Position numbers and translations under genes: made by a program
Shown here: in pieces, positions 30,108 to 38,589 of the stretch
Layout: every line of letters begins with the position of its first letter
How positions within the stretch are numbered: the first letter of the stretch is position 1
The notes under the pieces: generated by a model
Told to the model about the DNA's origin: nothing
The model's input: only the letters and a program-made list of their open reading frames with translations
Databases searched by the model: none
Virus record (IMG/VR): IMGVR_UViG_3300031974_004051
Coordinates: 1,991 to 65,990 of that record
Origin: a virus
Taxonomy: Duplodnaviria > Caudoviricetes
DNA length: 64,000 nt
Strand: one strand, 5' to 3'

Positions 30108-30878
30108 TTACTGTTGTGTTATAGATAATTTATTGTCTGCATTGTGTGTCTGTATGTCCAATAACTTCTTTATATAACCGTTTCTTCTTAATAGTTTGAA
30201 CGCCAAATTTTCGTAAGAATACTCACCCCCACTATCCAGACCACTCTGTCTAAACTTTTTTAATTTTATTTTTAATGATTTAATTTCCTCAGTTACGTCC
30301 TCACCCTTATCAAACCTACTCTTGATATCATCAATATCATCTTCAAAATTTGATGCTTTTTTTATGATTAAATCTTTATTAATTGATTGGATTGTTTTTT
30401 CAGGAACAACTAACCAACTATCATTCAATACGGAGTACAATCCCGACGCGTGATGTTTTTCTTTTACGTCTTGTACATAAATTTCACAGTCAAACCCTTT
30501 TATAGTGATTTCGTGTTGTCTGTTCCACAAACTTCTTTTACTATCAAAAAATCCTTTTAGTAGATCTAAATTATAATCAGTCTCATCATAATCTATCAAA
30601 ATGTGTAAATCAACATCAGAATATTTTGACCAATTATAATTTGCTAAAGAACCTGTTAAAACGACATCATGGATGAAAAATTCAATATCTAAATAATCCA
30701 TGAACTTTTCGGTCACTTCCATTAAACGATCTCTTATCTGATCGTGCATAAAAAATTCACCACCCTCCTCTTTAAAAATATCGGAACACAGTGAATCTTT
30801 AACCTCAAAGGATTTTACAATTTCTTGGTTGTTTCCTAATTCTTCAATTAACTCATCAACAATTTGACTGTTTTTCAT
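30108..30878 (-). CDS. Pol-beta superfamily nucleotidyltransferase
   Basis: LTGSLANYNWSKYSDVDLH (GS...DxD) plus EIYVQD. Confidence 0.75.
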   Translation of the reverse strand: MKNSQIVDELIEELGNNQEIVKSFEVKDSLCSDIFKEEGGEFFMHDQIRDRLMEVTEKFMDYLDIEFFIHDVVLTGSLANYNWSKYSDVDLHILIDYDETDYNLDLLKGFFDSKRSLWNRQHEITIKGFDCEIYVQDVKEKHHASGLYSVLNDSWLVVPEKTIQSINKDLIIKKASNFEDDIDDIKSRFDKGEDVTEEIKSLKIKLKKFRQSGLDSGGEYSYENLAFKLLRRNGYIKKLLDIQTHNADNKLSITQQ

Positions 30879-31120
30879 TTCAATTTCTTGTACTCGTAGG
30901 TCTTTGAAATATTCAAATTAAAAAACCTACCTTGAGATTCCGCCATTCTAAGTTTTGTAAACTTTTCCCACGGAACCTTATAATACTCATAAACACCACC
31001 ACTTTTAAAAGTGACTTGTAATGTTTCGTCTTCAGTATTATAAGACGCAGACTTCAAATTCGACGATTGAATTTCAACAAGAATCTCCTTGCCGTTGATT
31101 TTCTCAGATGTTATTGCCAT
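30875..31120 (-). CDS. KTSC domain protein
   Basis: SSNLKSASY....LQVTFKSG.VYEY.KVP.......AESQGRFFN. Confidence 0.88.
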   Translation of the reverse strand: MAITSEKINGKEILVEIQSSNLKSASYNTEDETLQVTFKSGGVYEYYKVPWEKFTKLRMAESQGRFFNLNISKTYEYKKLK

Positions 31121-31204
31121 AATAATTTATTTTATGTATAATATAACAATTAATCAAAACAAAATCAAGTCTGTCTGATGTACTTAATAAATATCATAGA
31201 AAAA

Positions 31205-31230
31205 ATAAACCCCCAAATTGGGGGTTTTAT
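31205..31230 (-). terminator. terminator after hsp20
   Basis: AAACCCCC aaatt GGGGGTTT hairpin. Confidence 0.75.
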
Positions 31231-31602
31231 TTAACCAATTGAAATGGTTCGTTGTGAGTTCTTCTTTTTTGTTTTTGGAATGGATATTTTTAATATACCA
31301 TTTTGAACCTTTGCCGATATTTTCTTATCGTTCACATCTTCAGGTAAAGTGTAAGTCCTCTCGAATGAATCAATAAAAGTTTTCTCGTTATCGGATTTGG
31401 TGTAGGTGATCTTTAGTAAGTCCTCCTCAACAATAATGTTAATATCATTTTTGGTAAGACCTGGTACAATGAAATCTAAAGTATATTCATTCTCATCTTG
31501 TTTTTTGTACACATTAACATAACCACTCTGTGTCTTATCTGTTCTTGAATCAAAGAACTCATCCACAAACTTTACAAATGGATCATTTCTAAATAAAATC
31601 AT
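31231..31602 (-). CDS. small heat-shock protein Hsp20
   Basis: VPGLTK.DI, FER.YTLPEDV...ISAKVQNGILKISIPK. Confidence 0.93.
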   Translation of the reverse strand: MILFRNDPFVKFVDEFFDSRTDKTQSGYVNVYKKQDENEYTLDFIVPGLTKNDINIIVEEDLLKITYTKSDNEKTFIDSFERTYTLPEDVNDKKISAKVQNGILKISIPKTKKKNSQRTISIG

Positions 31603-31639
31603 AGTTTTTAAATTTTAATTTTTTATTTATTATGTTAAT

Positions 31640-31712
31640 TACAAAATGAGTACCAACGTCTCATTTGAGACATTATGTCACAAATATAACCATTATATGT
31701 GACACATTGTCA
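31640..31712. promoter_or_regulatory. sigma54-like promoter facing hsp20 plus two (T/A)GACA-N3-TGTCA palindromes
   Basis: Minus strand TTGGTACTCATTTTGTA (31656-31640); palindromes at 31668-31680 and 31700-31712. Confidence 0.5.
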
Positions 31713-31715
31713 AAC

Positions 31716-31746
31716 TTGATTTTTGGTATAATTTTGTTTATCTTTA
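31716..31746 (+). promoter_or_regulatory. sigmaA-type promoter of clpC
   Basis: TTG-N20-TATCTTTA. Confidence 0.5.
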
Positions 31747-31763
31747 TGTAAAACAAATAAAGT

Positions 31764-33779
31764 ATGTCTGTAGAATTTTTTGAGGAGGGTACCCAACCCC
31801 AAAGTAAGAGAGGAAAGAAGGGGAGTAAAACTCCTGTTCTTGATAATTTTTCGAGAGATCTCACAACTATCGCGGCTGAAGGTGGTATCGACCCGATTAT
31901 CGGAAGGGATAAAGAAGTACTTCGAATTGCCCAAATTTTATCGAGAAAGAAGAAGAACAATGTCGTTATTGTTGGTGATGCGGGTGTTGGTAAATCGGCG
32001 TTAGTTGAAAAACTCGCCTTGTTAATTAGTGAAGGAAATTGTCCAACTAATTTACTTGATAAAAGAATTATGTCATTGGACTTGACATCCTTAGTTGCGG
32101 GTACCAAATACAGAGGTCAGTTTGAGGAAAGGATTAAAGTTATTTTAAACGAATTACAAGACGCACCGAATGTGATAATTTTCATAGATGAGATTCATAC
32201 TATGGTAGGTGCAGGAAATGCGTCTGGTTCTATGGACGCTGCGAATATATTAAAACCCGCCCTTGCAAGAGGTGAGATACAATGTATTGGGGCAACAACT
32301 TTTGATGAATACAAAAAGAATATTGAGAAAGATGCTGCACTTGTAAGAAGATTCCAAAAGATTATTCTACAAGAACCAACAATATCAGAAACTAAAGACA
32401 TCTTAAAAAATTTAAAAGAATCTTATGAAGATTTTCACAGAGTAGAATACAAAGAAGATGTAATTGAAACTATTGTGAACCTTTCTAAAAAGTATATTAC
32501 AGATAAACAATTTCCCGATAAAGCGATCGATATATTGGATGAGTTAGGTTCTGAGAAAAAGATCAACGTTAAAATTCCTGATATTATTGAAAAACTAAGA
32601 AAGGAATCTGAAAACGTCAAAGTTAGAAAGTTAGAGGTTGTAAAAACTCAAGACTATGAGAAGGCGGCGCAACTTAGAGACGAAGAAAGAAAAATTCTAA
32701 AAAAGTTAGATAACGAAAAAGGTAAGTGGAATCAGGAACAAAAGGAAAATAAAAAACCTGTATATGTTGATGATGTGTATAACATGATAACAAACATGAC
32801 GGGTGTTCCCATAAACAAATTAGATACAAAAGAGACAAAATCTTTACTATCGTTAGAGAAAACCATATCTAAAAACGTGATCGGTCAAGATGAGGCAGTT
32901 TCAATCATCTCTAAATCTATAAGAAGAAATAGAGTTGGTGTTAGAGGTGTAAACAAACCAATTGGATCTTTTATGTTTTTAGGTTCTACGGGGGTTGGTA
33001 AAACACACTTAGCAAAGACTTTGGCTAATACTCTATTTGGTGATCCTGAAAAAATAATTAGGGTGGACATGAGTGAGTTTATGGAGAAACATAATGTATC
33101 CAAACTTATTGGATCCCCACCAGGATATGTTGGGTATGATGAAGGGGGACAACTCACCGAAAAAATAAAAAATAACCCATTCTCAGTAGTGTTATTCGAT
33201 GAAGTTGAGAAGGCACATAAGGACGTGTTTAATATATTACTCCAAATTCTTGATGAGGGTCATCTAACAGATTCCTTTGGTAGAAAAGTAAATTTTACGA
33301 ATACACTGATTATCATGACATCCAATGTCGGAGCGAAAAAAGTTTCAGATTTTGGTGCGGGTGTTGGGTTCACTGATGGAACTAATAGAGATAAAGTAAA
33401 GGATTCTATTATACAGAAGGCATTAAAACAACAGTTCTCACCTGAATTCTTAAATCGAATTGATGATATTATAGTCTTTAATAAATTAGATAAGAAGTCA
33501 CTTAAAAAAATCGTAAGTATAGAATTATCAAAACTAAACGATCGACTAAAAGATAGTGGTTATAAGATTACTTTCGATAATACAATCGTAAATGAAATAT
33601 TAGAGAAGAACTCTGAAGAAGATTATGGTGCAAGACCAATAAAAAGAATAATTCAGAATTTGTGTGAAGATTTTATCAGTGATAGTATTTTAACTGGAGA
33701 TATAAACGAAGAAAGTGACGTTATATTAAAAATAAATGAGGGAAAAATGGAAATTTCCAAAAATATTCCCCTCATTTAA
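31764..33779 (+). CDS. clpC: ClpC-type AAA+ ATPase lacking the N-terminal domain
   Basis: Two AAA modules ([16 protein letters not shown]), UVR-type middle domain ([11 protein letters not shown]), VGF ClpP-docking loop. Confidence 0.9.
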   Translation: MSVEFFEEGTQPQSKRGKKGSKTPVLDNFSRDLTTIAAEGGIDPIIGRDKEVLRIAQILSRKKKNNVVIVGDAGVGKSALVEKLALLISEGNCPTNLLDKRIMSLDLTSLVAGTKYRGQFEERIKVILNELQDAPNVIIFIDEIHTMVGAGNASGSMDAANILKPALARGEIQCIGATTFDEYKKNIEKDAALVRRFQKIILQEPTISETKDILKNLKESYEDFHRVEYKEDVIETIVNLSKKYITDKQFPDKAIDILDELGSEKKINVKIPDIIEKLRKESENVKVRKLEVVKTQDYEKAAQLRDEERKILKKLDNEKGKWNQEQKENKKPVYVDDVYNMITNMTGVPINKLDTKETKSLLSLEKTISKNVIGQDEAVSIISKSIRRNRVGVRGVNKPIGSFMFLGSTGVGKTHLAKTLANTLFGDPEKIIRVDMSEFMEKHNVSKLIGSPPGYVGYDEGGQLTEKIKNNPFSVVLFDEVEKAHKDVFNILLQILDEGHLTDSFGRKVNFTNTLIIMTSNVGAKKVSDFGAGVGFTDGTNRDKVKDSIIQKALKQQFSPEFLNRIDDIIVFNKLDKKSLKKIVSIELSKLNDRLKDSGYKITFDNTIVNEILEKNSEEDYGARPIKRIIQNLCEDFISDSILTGDINEESDVILKINEGKMEISKNIPLI

Positions 33780-33810
33780 TTAAAATCTGAACTTTTTTAA
33801 AAAATATATA

Positions 33811-33923
33811 TATTTATACATCAAAGGTTCTCTTTGCCGATTACCTTTTCGTTTTTTCTCGTTAAATTATTGGTGTTGAAACCAATATAGACCTAAAACC
33901 CCAGCAACCTGTTGGGGTTTTTT
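33811..33923 (+). ncRNA. putative ~100-nt small RNA A (or structured clpC 3'UTR)
   Basis: TATTTATA at 33811, no ORF, internal hairpin, terminator at 33895-33923 whose G-U pair favours the + strand; complementary to RNA B. Confidence 0.55.
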
Positions 33924-33924
33924 A

Positions 33925-34806
33925 TTACAAACTAAGTAACATATCAATAAGTTCCTTTTGTGGGAACATATCAACTTTGTCTTTTCTTGTGTTTGTGTGT
34001 GTCCATAGTCCTTTTATTTTACCATAGTACGCATCCTCATTAAATTCAAATGCCGAAACACCTATTTTTCTAATAGATTCAGGTAAACCTTTACGAACAT
34101 CTATCGAATCCCTCTCAGCGATGTATAATATCCATTTTCTTAACGATTCAATCTGAGAATCAGAATAACGGTGCCAAGTTTTATGACCTCTAAATTCTTG
34201 ATCAAGAGTTACTAATTGACTTTCATGTACTCTAGTACCAGCATATGTTTTACCATCTTTTACCCAACCGAAGTTACATACTTCAATACCAACAGAATGG
34301 GTGTGCATATGTTGTGAACCATTTTTACCTAAATGCCAACCATATCCACCCTCAGGTATACACTGCACCATTTCTCCATCATATTTGTCATCATTTCCCT
34401 TAACTGAAGGACCACCTAAAACAAATTCAGTTGCAACCGCACCTCTACTATCTCTCGCCCATTGATCTATACAATTATATGGATTGTGCCACCCCGCTGT
34501 GTGATGTAAAAAAACATACTCTTTGTCTGTGGGACCTTCTTTGTATTCACCAACAGGTAAGAAATGTCTATTTATGACCAATCCATTCTCCGTAACATAA
34601 GTTTTCTCTGAATTATCTGTTGTGGCTAGACCCATAGTGTCCCATGTAGATGGACCTACTATTCCGTCCACGTCAAGTCCATTCAATTTTTGGAATTCTT
34701 TTACTGCCTCAGCCGTACCAGGTCCAAAAATACCATCAGCACCTATTCCAAGAAATTCTTGAAGTTCTTTAACTTCTTTTCCTCTTGATCCTACTTTTAA
34801 TAACAT
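33925..34806 (-). CDS. endolysin: PG-binding domain plus N-acetylmuramoyl-L-alanine amidase
   Basis: ADGIFGPGT.EAVKEFQK..GL.VDGIVGP.TW; LHHTAG, SVGIEV, THT....K.D. Confidence 0.88.
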   Translation of the reverse strand: MLLKVGSRGKEVKELQEFLGIGADGIFGPGTAEAVKEFQKLNGLDVDGIVGPSTWDTMGLATTDNSEKTYVTENGLVINRHFLPVGEYKEGPTDKEYVFLHHTAGWHNPYNCIDQWARDSRGAVATEFVLGGPSVKGNDDKYDGEMVQCIPEGGYGWHLGKNGSQHMHTHSVGIEVCNFGWVKDGKTYAGTRVHESQLVTLDQEFRGHKTWHRYSDSQIESLRKWILYIAERDSIDVRKGLPESIRKIGVSAFEFNEDAYYGKIKGLWTHTNTRKDKVDMFPQKELIDMLLSL

Positions 34807-34817
34807 AATTTTTTTAT

Positions 34818-35045
34818 TTACTCTTTTTTACCAAAGATTTTTCCTACCTCGGCAATCCCAAATGATCCGAGTGTTATTACTACAAATGAATTATAGATAA
34901 ATTCTTGTATTACTAAGTCTTTACCTACAAATCCTGTAATGATATCTGCCGCTGCGAATACCACCATAATTGCGAACGACGCAAAACCAACTACTGATTT
35001 TTCATTAATGTCGTTCTCATCTTTAAAAATGTCTTTAAATGCCAT
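34818..35045 (-). CDS. putative holin (2 TM)
   Basis: 75 aa, two TM segments, charged C-terminus, immediately upstream of the endolysin. Confidence 0.6.
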   Translation of the reverse strand: MAFKDIFKDENDINEKSVVGFASFAIMVVFAAADIITGFVGKDLVIQEFIYNSFVVITLGSFGIAEVGKIFGKKE

Positions 35046-35157
35046 AATTTCAATTTTTTACTTTTTATAAACCTTTTGTGGTTCTTATATAAATAGTTTG
35101 TTATACGAATGATTACCATTTGATTATTGTAAAATTTTTCTGTATTATTTATATTGC

Positions 35158-35247
35158 ATGGTCAAAAGAATTAAGGAATACTTGATTATTAAAACGATAA
35201 GACTTTGGTTCCCAATTAAAAAAGTGAGGTTATGGAGAATCATTTAA
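35158..35247 (+). CDS. 29-aa cationic amphipathic peptide MVKRIKEYLIIKTIRLWFPIKKVRLWRII
   Basis: TATTTATA at 35146-35153, 4 nt before the ATG; its stop overlaps the next start (TAATG). Not in the ORF track. Confidence 0.55.
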   Translation: MVKRIKEYLIIKTIRLWFPIKKVRLWRII

Positions 35248-35741
35248 TGAGTAATAGGAGAGAAATATTGGTATTTACGTTTGTAATATTGGCGATAATA
35301 CTAAGGTTATTACCTCATCCACCTAACTTCACCCCATTGACCTCACTATCTTTGTTCGGTGGTGTGATGTTCAAGAATAAATGGGTTGGTATGTCATTAC
35401 CAATAGTAGTAATGTTTACATCTGATATAGTTTTAGGTTTTTATAGTATTTCCTTTTGGGTCTATGGATCCTTTATTTTGATAAGTTTCATGGGTACTAT
35501 GTGGAAAAAAATGGATCTAAAAAATATTGTGTTATCAACACTGATCTTTTTTATTATCACGAATTTAGGGGTATGGATAATGGGTTACCCATTAACAGTA
35601 AATGGTTTAATTATGTGTTATACATTGGCACTCCCATTTTTGTTGAACTCATTGTTAGGTGACTTATTTTTTGGATATTTACTTAAATGGACGTTTAAGT
35701 TTTTTGAAAGGAAACTAATGCTCGGTTCGTCTATCGGTTAG
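35247..35741 (+). CDS. DUF6580-like multi-pass membrane protein (S-component-like transporter)
   Basis: RLLPHPPNFTP, SD...GFY, FFIITNLGVW, CYTLALPF, GDLFF. Confidence 0.75.
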   Translation: MSNRREILVFTFVILAIILRLLPHPPNFTPLTSLSLFGGVMFKNKWVGMSLPIVVMFTSDIVLGFYSISFWVYGSFILISFMGTMWKKMDLKNIVLSTLIFFIITNLGVWIMGYPLTVNGLIMCYTLALPFLLNSLLGDLFFGYLLKWTFKFFERKLMLGSSIG

Positions 35742-35791
35742 GACTTCAGGTTTTCATCCTGGCAAGAGGGGTTCGATTCCCCTACCGAGTA
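35720..35791 (+). tRNA. tRNA-Glu(TTC)
   Basis: Cloverleaf with GCTCGGT/ACCGAGT acceptor stem, TTC anticodon, GGTTCGATTCC T arm. Confidence 0.92.
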
Positions 35792-35793
35792 CA

Positions 35794-36219
35794 ACTATTG
35801 TTCTTTGACATAATTAAAATTTAAAATTTAAAAACATGGAAAATTTAGAATTTATTTTAGGTGCGCTCAGTATGATCGGTTTGTTCGGATTAGGATATGC
35901 TGTTATGGGTGTATTTAAGGTCACAAAACGTTCCGATGGTTTCGATGAAGCTATCAATGGAATATTCCACGATTTGGAAGATAAGTACAAGGAACTTCAC
36001 CTTCGAATAGACGGTGAAATAGATAGAGTAGATAAACTACACGATGATAATGTTCGATACACTGATCAATTATCTCAGGAATTGTATCGTTACATCGATA
36101 GTAGGTTTGATAAATTTGAAAATCGATTGAAAAAAATCGATAAAGATGGGTGTGAACCCGTTAAAAAATCTAAACAACTCTTGACTGATTAGTCAAAATA
36201 AACGTTAAAGAACAATAGT
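35794..36219 (+). repeat. 16-bp inverted repeat, containing boxA-like GTTCTTTGACA, that flanks a CDS
   Basis: ACTATTGTTCTTTGAC (35794-35809) pairs with GTTAAAGAACAATAGT (36204-36219), with one G-U pair. Confidence 0.8.
35836..36192 (+). CDS. single-pass membrane coiled-coil protein
   Basis: N-terminal TM segment, then heptad-like D/R-rich helices. Confidence 0.75.
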   Translation: MENLEFILGALSMIGLFGLGYAVMGVFKVTKRSDGFDEAINGIFHDLEDKYKELHLRIDGEIDRVDKLHDDNVRYTDQLSQELYRYIDSRFDKFENRLKKIDKDGCEPVKKSKQLLTD

Positions 36220-36247
36220 AAACCCCACAGAAATGTGGGGTTTTTTT
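36220..36247 (+). terminator. intrinsic terminator
   Basis: CCCCACA gaaa TGTGGGG followed by a T-run. Confidence 0.85.
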
Positions 36248-36267
36248 ATTTATATGGGGTAGGGGGG

Positions 36268-36298
36268 TTGATTTTCAATTATTTGTTTCTTAAATTTA
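36268..36298 (+). promoter_or_regulatory. sigmaA-type promoter for tRNA-Leu/Arg
   Basis: TTG-N20-TAAATTTA, just upstream of the tRNA. Confidence 0.55.
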
Positions 36299-36304
36299 TC
36301 CCAT

Positions 36305-36390
36305 GCCTCGGTGGTGGAATTGGTAGACACGCCGGACTTAAAATCCTGTGGACAGTAATGTCCGTGCCGGTTCGACCCCGGCCCGAGGTA
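36305..36390 (+). tRNA. tRNA-Leu(TAA)
   Basis: GCCTCGG/CCGAGGT stem, TAA anticodon, long variable arm. Confidence 0.93.
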
Positions 36391-36395
36391 CAACC

Positions 36396-36469
36396 GCACC
36401 CGTAGCTCAATTGGATAGAGCATCTGCCTTCTAAGCAGACGGTTATAGGTTCGAGTCCTATCGGGTGTA
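36396..36469 (+). tRNA. tRNA-Arg(TCT)
   Basis: GCACCCG/CGGGTGT stem, TCT anticodon. Confidence 0.93.
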
Positions 36470-36484
36470 CTAAATTTTTTAAAT

Positions 36485-36883
36485 ATGAATTACACAAATA
36501 GATACGGAGATGAATACACTTTTTTACTAAACGAAAATGGTAACATTCAGTGGAGTGGTAATTTTGAACATTCACGCTGTGGGTTTGATAATGTGTATAA
36601 TGATGCATACAATGAATTTAAGAAAGATGGTGGTACACTTTCTATAGAAGAGTTCATTAAGGAAGTTCACCACTACGATGAGGAAACTCATAAACCATCA
36701 AAAATTGCGAAAACCTATGGTAATTATGTCTATTCTGATTGGGATACAATTACTATGGTAGATCCTTCAGGAGGTCCTTATATTAGTAAAGGAATGGATA
36801 TGAAATATTACGGATTTGACGGTAAAATTGTTACCAGTTTTACACCCAATAATGATGGATACGAGATAGTTGTAGAAAAATGA
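36485..36883 (+). CDS. hypothetical protein (VDPSGGPYI motif)
   Basis: 132-aa ORF. Confidence 0.7.
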   Translation: MNYTNRYGDEYTFLLNENGNIQWSGNFEHSRCGFDNVYNDAYNEFKKDGGTLSIEEFIKEVHHYDEETHKPSKIAKTYGNYVYSDWDTITMVDPSGGPYISKGMDMKYYGFDGKIVTSFTPNNDGYEIVVEK

Positions 36884-37110
36884 AAGCAATATTAGAGTTT
36901 AATTTACCTGAAGACAAACAAGAGTTCAACCTTGCAACTAAAGCGTCTGATTGGTGGTATGTCTGTTGGCAAATGGATCAATACCTTCGTAAAAGACTTA
37001 AGTACGATAACGGTATCACTGAAGAACAACGTGAGGTGTATGAAGATACGAGAGGTGAACTTTGGAGAATGATGAATGAGAGTGGTGTAAGTTTAGATGA
37101 TGCAGGATAA
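36880..37110 (+). CDS. hypothetical protein (MKAILEFNLPED type)
   Basis: 76-aa ORF, ATGA overlap with the upstream gene. Confidence 0.7.
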   Translation: MKAILEFNLPEDKQEFNLATKASDWWYVCWQMDQYLRKRLKYDNGITEEQREVYEDTRGELWRMMNESGVSLDDAG

Positions 37111-37117
37111 TAACGTC

Positions 37118-37191
37118 GGACTCTTAGCTCAGTTGGTCAGAGCACCGCACTCATAATGCGATGGTCGGGGGTTCAAGTCCCTCAGGGTCCA
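37118..37191 (+). tRNA. tRNA with CAT anticodon, probably Ile2 (lysidine) rather than Met
   Basis: GGACTCT/AGGGTCC stem, CTCATAA loop; overall pattern resembles bacterial tRNA-Ile2. Confidence 0.85.
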
Positions 37192-37212
37192 CAAAATAAA
37201 ATCCACATATTT

Positions 37213-37353
37213 ATGGAAAGTATGAGTTTAAAAAAGAAAGTTTTGGAAAAAATTGTTAAACTGAAGTTTGAAAAGCAAACACAGGAGATAAAAAAACAAA
37301 TCCAAAAATTACAACAATCATTAAGTGATTTTACAAATGGGTCTAACGAGTAG
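37213..37353 (+). CDS. small basic coiled-coil protein
   Basis: ATG downstream of the tRNA; the ORF-track start inside the tRNA is spurious. Confidence 0.5.
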   Translation: MESMSLKKKVLEKIVKLKFEKQTQEIKKQIQKLQQSLSDFTNGSNE

Positions 37354-37522
37354 TGACTTATTGGAAGAGTTATTTTATGAAGCACATCGATTAGGTGTTG
37401 CGGATGAATTAAGGGATAATGTCTCCAAGAGACACACTAAACCTACCCCCACCGCATACGACATGTTACCACTGTACGAAGAAGAATTTCTACAAATCAA
37501 AAAAAGGCTTGATAATAAATAA
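37337..37522 (+). CDS. hypothetical protein
   Basis: ~61-aa ORF from ATG at 37337. Confidence 0.55.
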   Translation: MGLTSSDLLEELFYEAHRLGVADELRDNVSKRHTKPTPTAYDMLPLYEEEFLQIKKRLDNK

Positions 37523-37630
37523 TAAAAAGTTTATATTTTATATGTAACACCTTTTATTGAGAAATAAATCTCTATAATTGGTAACTTAAGTTCGAAAAGA
37601 GAGGTCGGTTAATTCCGACCTTTCATTTAT
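37509..37630 (+). ncRNA. putative structured leader/attenuator or sRNA
   Basis: TTG-N20-TATATTTT promoter, nested hairpin, then GAGGTCGG/CCGACCTT terminator-like stem before the GT gene. Confidence 0.4.
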
Positions 37631-37640
37631 ATAAATCGTT

Positions 37641-38306
37641 ATGAGTACAATTACTGTCGTTTGTTCAACACGTAAAATTGAGGATGAATATGTTAAACAT
37701 GTGAGGAAATTCTTTTCTCACCCTAAAAACGAATACTTCTTCGTGGAAAATAATGGTGATAGATCTTTGACTGAAGTTTACAATGAGTATTTAGAGAAAT
37801 CGTCTAATGATATCGTTGTTTTTATACATGATGACCTTGAGTTCGAAACTAAAAACCTCACACCCAAAATAATAAAACTGTTTGAACGTAATCCTGAGTA
37901 TGGTATTTTAGGTTTAGCGGGTTCTAATAACCTCTTATCAGGACAGTGGTGGCAAGATAGGGATTCAATGCAAGGTCAAGTAGGTCATATTAATGGTAGT
38001 AAAAGATATATGTCAAAGTACTCAAATTCTTTTGGTGATAAAATTAAAGAAGTAATTGTTATCGATGGGTTATTTATGATGGTCCACAAAAAAAGAATTA
38101 AGAAAACTTTTGATGAACAATTTAAAGGTTTCCATTTTTATGATCTTCCGATTTGTCTACTTAATTATTTAGAGGGAGTGAAAGTAGGTGTTACAACAAG
38201 AATTAAACTTTACCACAAATCCATCGGTGAGGTTGATAAGAAATGGGCGAAGAACAAATTGTTTTTTGAAGCTTTATATGAAAAGCACCTCCCATTAAAG
38301 GTTTGA
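37641..38306 (+). CDS. glycosyltransferase-like protein (GT-A)
   Basis: SL...YN, VFIHDD, G.LGLAG, IDGLF, FDE.F.GFHFYD. Confidence 0.8.
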   Translation: MSTITVVCSTRKIEDEYVKHVRKFFSHPKNEYFFVENNGDRSLTEVYNEYLEKSSNDIVVFIHDDLEFETKNLTPKIIKLFERNPEYGILGLAGSNNLLSGQWWQDRDSMQGQVGHINGSKRYMSKYSNSFGDKIKEVIVIDGLFMMVHKKRIKKTFDEQFKGFHFYDLPICLLNYLEGVKVGVTTRIKLYHKSIGEVDKKWAKNKLFFEALYEKHLPLKV

Positions 38307-38351
38307 CAAAAACCATAATTTTATCTATATTTATTAAGTAAAATAAACATT

Positions 38352-38582
38352 ATGAAAAAAGTTATTGCATTTTTTAAAAGATTATTCGGTATTAAGGATG
38401 AGGTACCTACACCCGTAGTTACTCCAAAACCAAAACCGAAAAGAAAACCAAGACCAAAGAAACCTTCAGGTACGGGAACTCCCCATTATTATAATGATAA
38501 ATGGAATCAAGTTGATAAATCCCCTGTCAGAAGAAAACCAAAAAAAGGTGGGTCTAACGATTCCCTTAAAGAAGTTAAGTAA
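38352..38582 (+). CDS. small Lys/Pro-rich protein
   Basis: 76 aa; sigmaA-like promoter at 38302-38333. Confidence 0.6.
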   Translation: MKKVIAFFKRLFGIKDEVPTPVVTPKPKPKRKPRPKKPSGTGTPHYYNDKWNQVDKSPVRRKPKKGGSNDSLKEVK

Positions 38583-38589
38583 TTAACAT

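Noticed and set aside
31305-31335. hsp20 mRNA as a target of small RNA A (shared CTTTGCCGAT)
   Set aside because: Only about 10 nt, within conserved ISAK codons; chance cannot be excluded.
35050-35246. Cobalamin or preQ1 riboswitch upstream of the DUF6580-like transporter
   Set aside because: No B12-box or preQ1 consensus seen; a short ORF explains the region better.
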